A stretch of 64,000 nt of DNA from Dehalococcoidia bacterium (GTDB taxonomy: Bacteria; Chloroflexota; Dehalococcoidia; Plut-88900): contig CBDBLV010000004.1 of assembly GCA_965207225.1 (NCBI GenBank), positions 640,001 to 704,000 of the forward strand, written 5' to 3'. The notes below the pieces were generated by a model. It did no database searches. It saw only the letters and a program-made list of their open reading frames with translations, and had not been told where the DNA came from. Positions 27,901 to 35,700 of this stretch are shown here, in pieces. Both the position numbers and the translations under genes were made by a program. Within the stretch, counting starts at the first letter, position 1; every line of letters starts with the position of its first letter.

Positions 27901-30396
27901 GCCCACCCGGTCGCGGCCGGCGAACTTGTCGCCGGGCAGCTCCAGCTCGTGCTGGATGATGTACGCGTTGTGATCTTCATGGTCGGCGCAGTGGACGTTG
28001 ACGCTGATCGTCTGCCACTGATCCCAGTTGCTGGAGTCGAAGTCCAGCGAGATGTAGGTGTTGACGGGCGGCCCGCCGGAGACCGCGTAGGTCGTGTCCT
28101 CGCCGGGCGGCCGCACGGTGATGCCGTTGCGGTAGAAGTTGGAGGCCCAGATCTCCCGTTTCCAGATCTCGTTCCAGTGGTCGCTGTCGACCGGCCCCGT
28201 GGCGAGGCTGCCCTGCCGGTAGACGACGTACTTGGGGTTGTAGACGTAGAGCTCGGCCTGGCCCGCCGGGTCGGCGTAGAGACGCACGCGGTAGGTGACC
28301 AGGTCCGTGGGGTGGGTGACGCCGCCCAGCTCGGAGACGTCGTTGGGCGCGGTATTACAGGCGGAGGGCTCGTCCACCACGATCATCCGCTGCCGTCCCT
28401 GCCAGCGGAGTAGTCCCCACTCCAGCGGTTCGTCCACATCGGCCTGCACGATCTCCAGGCGCGGCCGCTTGTCGATGCGGAAGACCGGCGAGATGCCCAG
28501 GATTGAGTGGCTCTCAACCCTCGTGGTGGAAGCGCCCACCCAGGGGTTCCGGGCTTCTCCTTCTTCGAAGGACTGGCCGCGGACGACGTGTCCGCTGCTG
28601 CCCATGCTGCTCAACGCATGTTTCGTCCCGTCCGGTTGGGTGCCGCTCCAGTGCCAGTCGACGCGGGTGTCGCTGTCGACGACCGAGACGCTGGCCGCCG
28701 TCCTGCGGTCATGTTCGGACCAGTTCTCCCACGAGCTGCTGAAGAATCCCGCCGTGTCCTTGGCCACGCGTGGGCCGTTCAGCCAGTAGATCGCCGTGTC
28801 GCGGCCCGGGTCGATGTGGTCTCGGGCGTTGACCGTGGGGGTCGATCCCACCACTTTGAACGCGTCGGAATAGGGAATGATCGCCGGGTGCGAGCCGCCG
28901 GTGTGGCTGCCGACGATGGAGTCCTGGACGTGGGCGTCGTAGTCGGCAATGTTGGCGGTGGTGGCGTCGCGCCAGGTGTTGGTCAGGAACAGCAACCGGA
29001 ACTCGCCGCCGATCCTGCGCAGCTCCTCGGGCACCAGCGGCCAGTCGGCGGGCACGGTGTAGGTGCCGTCGCCGTTCGCCTCGGGCGCCGGAGGCGGACT
29101 CTCGTCATCGATGATCGTCACCCGCAGCCAGTCGCGCTCGCCGACGTCGTAGCCGTCAAGGCCGCCGGTGAGCTTCAGGTAGAAGTGCTCGTAGTCCTCA
29201 TGGTCGGCGTCGTCCATGATCTGGACGCCGGTGGCGGTGTCCCGGTTGACCTCAACGGTCACGTTTTCCGTGCCGGCCGATATGGGCACGTCGATGTAGT
29301 CGGTGGTCACGGTGGACCCGTAGTCGTAGTCGCTGCTCTCGGTCGCGCTCCATCGACCCTGATGCGGCTCCTGGGTCCGGAGCCGCACCGTGATGTCCTG
29401 GTAGGGCGCTGGACGCGCGTACAGCACCGCCTCATAGGAATCGGTCGAGCCTTCCACCACCGCGAGGGTGGTCCCGCCGAAGCTGACGGTCGGCAGGTCG
29501 TCGTCCCGCACGATGGCGTATGCCTTCCGGGCTTCTTCCCTTCTGTCCGGCACATACTGCCTCCCATAAATGGTTGCGGGCAGGATCTCCACCAGAATCT
29601 TGCCGTCGGCTTCGCTGACGTCGTCGTCGATGATGGGGACGCACAATTCCCTACTGATGTAACCGTTGCTAACGTGTTCAGGATCGCGCAATTCTATGGA
29701 GCTGGCTTCCTCGGTAATGAAGGAGCCTTCCTGGGTGACCCGGTAGTTGATATTGGTCGGGAGAGCGACCGACCCTCCCAGGGCGGGGCGTACCCGTACT
29801 GTGAATCTTGCGCACGGGTGCGCGCCTTCGCGATAGGTGGCGCTCCGAGTGCTGGTTTGCCCTTCGGCGTAGACGCTCGCTATCGGGCGTAACCGAAGCG
29901 CCTCATGGTCAACGTCGGGGGCGTCGTCGTCCACTATGACCATCAGTGCCGACAGGATGTTCTCCATGTCCAACTGGTAATTCTTGCCCGGCTGAAGGGT
30001 CACGACGACCGATTTATCGGCATGAAAAACATCGTCGTCATTGAGAGCAACCGAGAACGCCCCCGCGGCCCGAGGCGGATCAGGAAAGAGCTGGACGAGC
30101 GTAAAGCGGTCACCTGTCTGAAGCGTGGCGTCGCCAGTCTGAAAGACGTGGTAGTTGACTTCAAGCGGGTAGATATCCTTGCCGGCGACGAAGGGGTGGC
30201 GCACCTGGATGCCATATACGAGAGAGCCGCCCTGCTCTCTCCATGTTGTTGGATTCGGGGGGATGAGCGATACGAGCGGCAGCGTATCGCTCTGCGCCTG
30301 CGCCGTCCCGGATGGCGGGCCGTCGAGCGGGAGCAGGGCTGCGAGGAGTAACGCCCCCAGGAAGCCCAGGAGTAGCCAGCGTCGAGGCTTGATCAC
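24955..30396 (-). CDS. Giant secreted surface protein/adhesin 1 (Calx-beta-like repeats, lectin-like domain, helical domain)
   Basis: Signal peptide (RRWLLLGFLGALLLAALL...AQA); 109-aa TEGG...DD.DE.DGSVT...DND repeats; the SD-linked ATG at 30443 is out of frame (see findings). Confidence 0.85.
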   Translation of the reverse strand: MIKPRRWLLLGFLGALLLAALLPLDGPPSGTAQAQSDTLPLVSLIPPNPTTWREQGGSLVYGIQVRHPFVAGKDIYPLEVNYHVFQTGDATLQTGDRFTLVQLFPDPPRAAGAFSVALNDDDVFHADKSVVVTLQPGKNYQLDMENILSALMVIVDDDAPDVDHEALRLRPIASVYAEGQTSTRSATYREGAHPCARFTVRVRPALGGSVALPTNINYRVTQEGSFITEEASSIELRDPEHVSNGYISRELCVPIIDDDVSEADGKILVEILPATIYGRQYVPDRREEARKAYAIVRDDDLPTVSFGGTTLAVVEGSTDSYEAVLYARPAPYQDITVRLRTQEPHQGRWSATESSDYDYGSTVTTDYIDVPISAGTENVTVEVNRDTATGVQIMDDADHEDYEHFYLKLTGGLDGYDVGERDWLRVTIIDDESPPPAPEANGDGTYTVPADWPLVPEELRRIGGEFRLLFLTNTWRDATTANIADYDAHVQDSIVGSHTGGSHPAIIPYSDAFKVVGSTPTVNARDHIDPGRDTAIYWLNGPRVAKDTAGFFSSSWENWSEHDRRTAASVSVVDSDTRVDWHWSGTQPDGTKHALSSMGSSGHVVRGQSFEEGEARNPWVGASTTRVESHSILGISPVFRIDKRPRLEIVQADVDEPLEWGLLRWQGRQRMIVVDEPSACNTAPNDVSELGGVTHPTDLVTYRVRLYADPAGQAELYVYNPKYVVYRQGSLATGPVDSDHWNEIWKREIWASNFYRNGITVRPPGEDTTYAVSGGPPVNTYISLDFDSSNWDQWQTISVNVHCADHEDHNAYIIQHELELPGDKFAGRDRVGRGIDWNLTTWHDVRVKVVDTKSPQPADLTVDTAYTGTLLANAGDAVGYRCDSYTTGGECEYYFNIHWWWDLPTGPPLVSPGKPRNDLYDAEEHFSEWRVKVEADNSLTDTPPTYIYSRRVDRVIAHDGVVNQEPYRAGIVNTGLKTTYRDRSNPGDPVYRITITPVTLRNDEVPGEAVTFCVQLQSPSGWPSNKFSVKVDCNQFTPPSNAPPEIRRAFSALGTLNDGSTMTLSSNALSAPEGGDVTFTVSASPVPQVDTPVIVSVIEEMGEGADRVAREQFLTLVIKAFESSASQTIIAYSDDDALSDGTLVAQIVVGEGYTLGDPSRVTLPLLDDDASTPVVSVTGGTGITEGGSAVFTVTASPAPSSNLAVSVTVATTGDFGYGTLPTSVTIPTSGSATVTIATTDDEVDEPDGSVTLTLNAGSDYTVGAPSSETAGVADNDDPVVEEQTGYTVDPDVIAKVRELASQTQHGTAHVNRWNRVLVAFGEHDGAGVTGGPMTASEAQDMADKHSSPVWDEVVTELTALEAASTQTPPPPTPEVSVTGGNVVTEGGDATFTVTASPAPASNLDVSVTVSQSGDYGATTGQRTVTVPTTGSVTLTVGTTDDNADETDGSVTATVNAGSGYTVSSTQGAATVGVADNDAAPTPVVSVTGGNGITEGGDAVFTVTASPAPSSNLDVSVTVSQSGDYGAATGKRTVTVPTTGSVTLTVGTTDDAADETDGSVTATVNAGSGYTVSSTQGAATVAVSDNDDAPTPVVSITAGSGVTEGGDAVFTVTAIPAPAANLAVSVTVSQSGDYGATTGQRTVTIPTTGSVTLTVGTTDDSADETDGSVTATVNAGSGYTVSSSQGAATVGVADNDDAAPEVEITVTVEAASAVEGDVLEFRVRLSEASTEEIRIRWNTAPAYHLLDDRAHMTDYQYTEGELVFAPGVTELTAEVWLEYDDDEEPDEYFAVEAYLPGTLYPPDAVGTMTIVDDD

Positions 30397-30646
30397 GTTT
30401 TCCCGAACGTCGGGGGGATGAATCTCCGCAGCGCGTCGGCCATGTCGTCGAACCTCCTCTTCGCCCGACTTATGCCACGACGCCGTGCGGGCGCTGGATC
30501 ACTGTATTTCAAAGCCCAAGTACGTAGCTGCCGCAAACAGCCAACCTAGACTGTCCGCCAATCTGGGCGGAGGTGTCAAGGCAATCAACCGTTCCTGTTG
30601 TTGTTCAATCGATTCCGTCCATCACCTTTACATTCCGTGGGGTAAA

Positions 30647-30684
30647 GCAAGTGGGGCCTGCATCATTGCCGCAGGCCCCCTTGC
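30647..30684 (-). terminator. Hairpin downstream of the adhesin 2/Cache gene unit
   Basis: gcaagtggggcctgc...gcaggcccccttgc, homologous to 24888-24926. Confidence 0.55.
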
Positions 30685-30688
30685 ATCC

Positions 30689-32728
30689 TCTTGCCAATCC
30701 GGCTGGGCCGGCGCAGCCCTGGGCCGGCCTATCTGATCATCCTCCCGAGCCGTCCTCTTTCCTGTCCCGTCAGCCTGACTCCGTGCTTCTCCTGCACCAT
30801 GGCTGCATCCCCATCAGGAGCGAGCCCGCAGTGTCATGGACACGGGCCGGTGGGATAGGGGTTCGGCACGCACGAAAGGGTGTCGTAGTAAATGGTCGCC
30901 AAGAACAGATTGTCGCGCCGAACCACCCAAGCGTGAGCTATCAAGTTCTCCGGCCCGTTGACGACCGCCCAGGGAATGTTGATCCAGCGGCCGGCCTCCG
31001 TTGTCTTCGATACCTCCTGGAAAGCCGGATTCCCGTCCACATCCACAAGCGGCAACTGATTGGAGTCGAATCCCACCAGATTGGGAGCGGTGCCGTTGAC
31101 GACGTAAATGCCGTTCTCGTCCAACACGGTCAGGAACCAAAGGCCGCCGGAGTTCTCCCCAGCGCCGTAAATCTCCTTCACCGCATCCATCCCCTTGCTC
31201 TCGTACACGTCAACGGCTTCCTGGATGAAATCCTGGGCGAATGCCGGCAGGTCTTTGGGGGCCGGGTAGTATCCGGAGGCGAACAGCAGTCCATCCTTTC
31301 GGACCGCGTAGGATATTTTTGTGGCCTCTCTGAGGGTTGCCGGATGAGGCCACAGGTATTCCACCCAGACACCTTCTCCCTCTCCGGCCTTGGCCAGCGC
31401 TTTGCCCAGCTCAAACCCGTCCCTCGCCACGTCTTTGATGTCGGTTCCTTTCAGGTTAGGCCGGAACGGATGGACGATGTAGATGTCGTCGGCGTCGGTA
31501 GCGAACAGATACCATTCTCCCTCAAAGGAAGCTACGCTGTCATAGTAGGCCACCATGGCGTCAACGCCGTCTTCCTCATAGCGTTTGATGGCCCGGTTCA
31601 CGTAGTCAAGGGTGTACTCGCGGGGGTCGGCTACCATCCAGGGCGGGCGTTCATCTTCCGGCAGGGGGTTGTAGTAGCCCGAGGCGAAGATCAGCCCGTC
31701 GTGTCGGATGGCCCAGGTAGTCTTGGCTTCATCCCGGCCGCTGACCGGGTTGAGCCACAGGTATTCCACCCAGTCACCCTCCTCCGTCGCCTTTGCTATA
31801 TCCTTGCCCAGTTCGTAATAGTTCCCCTCGAAGTCCTTGCCTGTCACCTCCTTGATGTCCGTCCCTCGCAGGTCATGGCGAATAGGATGCACCAGGTAGA
31901 TGTCGTTCTCATCCATCAGGAACAGATAGAAAAAGCCGTCCATGCTGTCCCGGCTGTTGTAGTGGGCGACGGTGGCTTCAAGCCCGTTCTCATCGTAATA
32001 CCGTATTGCCCTGTTCACGTAATTCTTGGTGGCGTCGCCAATGTTTTCTCGAAGGATGAAATGCCCGGCAGTGAAGATGAGGCCGTCGTGTCGGATGCCG
32101 AAGCTCCGTTTGGGTTCGAGCTGTCCGGTAAGCGGGTTGGTGGATTGGTATTCCAACCAACCTTCTCCCTCAGCTGTCGCAGCGATCCAGCCGAGCAGAA
32201 ACGCGGTGAATTCACCTGCATCTACGCCTATAAGAGGGATTCCTACTATGTCCCGACGTACCAAGGTTGCCCACGTAGTGTGGGTAGTGGGGTCGAAGAT
32301 GAACATCGACCGAACGCCTTCGAGGCTCTCCTGGCTGTTGTAGTAGGCGAGGGCGGCCTCCCGTCCGTCGCGGTCATAATGCTCGATAGCCCGCATCACG
32401 TATTCGCGGGTAAGGGCGTCGTCGTCCGGCAAGTCGGGTTCCGGCGCCGAGGTAGCCGCAGGTTCCAGCGTTGGCGTGGCCGAAGGTTCCGGGGCTGTGG
32501 TGGGCGCAGGCTCCAGCGTTGGCGTGGCCGAAGGTACCGGCGTTGCGGTGGGTTCGTCGTCGCAGGCAACGGCGAGGGCTAAAAAGGAAGCCAGAACCAG
32601 GAGCAAGGACAGTGCGCGCAGCCAGCCCGGCATCCGCCGGGTTGGCCTTCTGTTCGGTTCGCCGCCGGTTCGTTTTTCCTGCTCTGCACGCATCGCTGAT
32701 CACCTTCTTGCCAATCCGGCCGGGCCGG
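30689..32728. repeat. 23-bp direct repeats (30689-30711; 32706-32728) flanking the Cache gene
   Basis: tcttgccaatccggcYgggccgg, 1 mismatch. Confidence 0.8.
30834..32693 (-). CDS. Lipoprotein with four tandem single-Cache-like domains
   Basis: Lipobox LAVAC; four repeats of YV.RAI..Y...G...YLF..D....G.WVEY.W.NP...K......DGL.F.SGYY. Confidence 0.85.
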   Translation of the reverse strand: MRAEQEKRTGGEPNRRPTRRMPGWLRALSLLLVLASFLALAVACDDEPTATPVPSATPTLEPAPTTAPEPSATPTLEPAATSAPEPDLPDDDALTREYVMRAIEHYDRDGREAALAYYNSQESLEGVRSMFIFDPTTHTTWATLVRRDIVGIPLIGVDAGEFTAFLLGWIAATAEGEGWLEYQSTNPLTGQLEPKRSFGIRHDGLIFTAGHFILRENIGDATKNYVNRAIRYYDENGLEATVAHYNSRDSMDGFFYLFLMDENDIYLVHPIRHDLRGTDIKEVTGKDFEGNYYELGKDIAKATEEGDWVEYLWLNPVSGRDEAKTTWAIRHDGLIFASGYYNPLPEDERPPWMVADPREYTLDYVNRAIKRYEEDGVDAMVAYYDSVASFEGEWYLFATDADDIYIVHPFRPNLKGTDIKDVARDGFELGKALAKAGEGEGVWVEYLWPHPATLREATKISYAVRKDGLLFASGYYPAPKDLPAFAQDFIQEAVDVYESKGMDAVKEIYGAGENSGGLWFLTVLDENGIYVVNGTAPNLVGFDSNQLPLVDVDGNPAFQEVSKTTEAGRWINIPWAVVNGPENLIAHAWVVRRDNLFLATIYYDTLSCVPNPYPTGPCP

Positions 32729-32729
32729 A

Positions 32730-35700
32730 CTAGTCGTCGTCTTTGATCGTCATGGTTCCCACGGCGTCGGGCGGGTAGAGGGTCCCGGGCAGGTACGCCT
32801 CCACCACGAAGTACTCGTCCGGCTCCTCATCGTCGTCGTACTCCAGCCACACCTCCGCCGTCAACTCCGTCACCCCCGGCGCGAACACCAGCTCACCCTC
32901 CGTGTACTGATAGTCGGTCATGTGCGCCCGGTCGTCCAGCAGGTGGTACGCAGGCGCGGTGTTCCATCTGATCCTGATCTCCTCGGTGGACGCCTCGGAC
33001 AGCCGCACCCGGAACTCCAGCACGTCGCCCTCCACCGCCGACGCGGCCTCGACGGTGACGGTTATCTCCACCTCCGGCGCAGCATCGTCGTTGTCTGCCA
33101 CGCCGACCGTGGCCGCGCCCTGGGACGAGGACACCGTGTAGCCGCTGCCCGCGTTCACCGTCGCCGTCACCGACCCGTCGGTCTCGTCCGCGCTGTCGTC
33201 CGTGGTGCCGACGGTGAGGGTGACGCTGCCCGTGGTGGGTATCGTCACCGTGCGCTGGCCCGTGGTCGCGCCGTAGTCGCCGCTCTGGGAGACCGTGACG
33301 CTCACCGCCAGGTTGGCCGCCGGGGCCGGGATGGCCGTCACCGTGAAGACGGCGTCCCCGCCCTCGGTCACCCCGCTGCCAGCGGTGACGCTCACCACCG
33401 GCGTGGGGGCGTCGTCGTTGTCGGACACGCCGACCGTGGCCGCGCCCTGGGACGAGGACACCGTGTAGCCGCTGCCCGCGTTCACCGTCGCGATGACCGA
33501 GCCGTCGGTCTCGTCAGTAGTATCGTCCGTGGTGCCAACGGTGAGGGTGACGCTGCCCGTGGTGGGTATCGTCACCGTGCGCTGGCCCGTGGTCGCGCCG
33601 TAGTCGCCGCTCTGGGACACCGTGACGCTCACCGCCAGGTTGGACGCCGGGGCCGGGCTGGCCGTCACCGTGAAGACGGCGTCCCCGCCCTCGGTCACCC
33701 CGCTGCCAGCGGTGACGCTCACCACCGGCGTGGGGGCGTCGTCGTTGTCGGACACGCCGACCGTGGCCGCGCCCTGGGACGAGGACACCGTGTAGCCGCT
33801 GCCCGCGTTCACCGTCGCGATGACCGAGCCGTCGGTCTCGTCAGTAGTATCGTCCGTGGTGCCAACGGTGAGGGTGACGCTGCCCGAAGTCGGGACGGTC
33901 ACCGTGCGCTGGCCTGTGGTCGCGCCGTAGTCGCCGCTCTGCGATACCGTGACGCTCACCGCCAGGTTGGACGCCGGGGCCGGGCTGGCCGTCACCGTGA
34001 AGACGACGTCCCCACCCTCGGTCACCCCGCTGCCAGCAGTGACGCTCACCACCGGCGTGGGGGCGTCGTCGTTGTCGGACACCGCCACCGTGGCCGCGCC
34101 CTGGGACGAGGACACCGTGTAGCCGCTGCCCGCGTTCACCGTGGCCGTGACCGACCCGTCGGTCTCGTCAGTAGTATCGTCCGTGGTGCCCACGGTGAGG
34201 GTGACGCTGCCCGTGGTGGGTATCGTCACCGTCCGCTGGCCCGTGGTCGCGCCGTAGTCGCCGCTCTGCGAGACCGTGACGCTCACGTCCAGATTGGACG
34301 AAGGCGCCGGGCTGGCCGTCACCGTGAAGACGGCGTCGCCGCCCTCGGTTATCCCGCTTCCAGCGGTGACGCTCACCTCAGGCGTGGGCGGCGGTGGCGT
34401 CTGCGCTGACGCCGCCTCCAGCGCCGTCAGCTCGGTCACCACCTCGTCCCACACGGGGCTGCTGTGTTTGTCCGCCATGTCCTGGGCCTCGGCCGCCGTC
34501 ATCGGGCCGCCCGTGACGCCGGTGCCGTCGTGCTCGCCGAAGGCGACGAGCACCCGGTTCCAGCGGTTCACGTGGGCCGTGCCGTGCTGCGTCTGCGACG
34601 CCAGCTCCCTGACCTTCGCGATCACGTCCGGGTCCACCGTGTAGCCCGTCTGCTCCTCAACGACCGGGTCGTCGTTGTCTGCGACGCCGGCCGTGGCAGC
34701 CCCCTGGGACGAGGACACCGTGTAGCCGCTGCCCGCGTTCACCGTTGCGGTGACCGACCCGTCGGCCTCGTCGGCGCTGTCGTCCGTGGTGCCGACGGTG
34801 ATGGTGACGCTGCCCGTGGTGGGTATCGTCACCGTGCGCTGGCCCGTGGTCGCGCCGTAGTCGCCGCTCTGGGAGACCGTGACGCTCACGTCGAGGTTGG
34901 CGGCGGGGGCGGGGTTTGCGCTGACGGTGAAGCTTGCGCTGCCGCCCTCGGTGATGCCGCCGCCCGCGCTGACGCTCACCACCGGCGTGGAGGCGTCGTC
35001 GTTGTCGGACACGGCCACCGTGGCCGCGCCCTGGGACGAGGACACCGTGTAGCCGCTGCCCGCGTTCACCGTCGCGGTGACCGAGCCGTCGGTCTCGTCG
35101 GCGTTATCGTCCGTGGTGCCCACGGTGAGGGTGACGCTGCCCGTGGTGGGTATCGTCACCGTGCGCTGGCCCGTGGCCGCGCCGTAGTCGCCGCTCTGGG
35201 ACACCGTTACGCTCACGTCCAGGTTCGCGGTCGGGGCCGGGCTGGCCGTCACCGTGAAGACGGCGTCGCCGCCCTCGGTCACCCCGCTGCCAGCGGTGAT
35301 ACTCACCTCGGGCGTGGGCGGCGGCGGCGGCGTCTGCGCCGCGGCCGCTTCCAGGGCGGTCAGCTCGACGACCACCAGGTCCCAGACGGGGCTGCTGTGA
35401 TTGTCGGCCATGTCCTGGGCCTCGGACGCCGTCATCGGGCCGCCGGTGACGCCGGTGCCGTCGTGCTCGCCGAAGGCCAGCAGCACCCGGTTCCAGCGGT
35501 TCACGTGGGCCGCGCCGTGCTGCGTCTGCGACGCCAGCTCCTTGACCCTGGCGATCGTTCCCTGGTTGACCGTGTAGCCGCCGTCGTCGTCGGACACGAC
35601 CACGACGGCCGTCCCCTGGGACGAGGACACCCGGTAGTCGAGGTTGGCGCTGGCGTCGACGGTGACCGTGACCGATCCGTCGGGCTCGTCCACCTCGTCG

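Noticed and set aside
24955-33400. Near-identical adhesin 3' ends as a DGR template/variable repeat pair
   Set aside because: Differences are few and not adenine-specific; both copies are coding; no reverse transcriptase in the window
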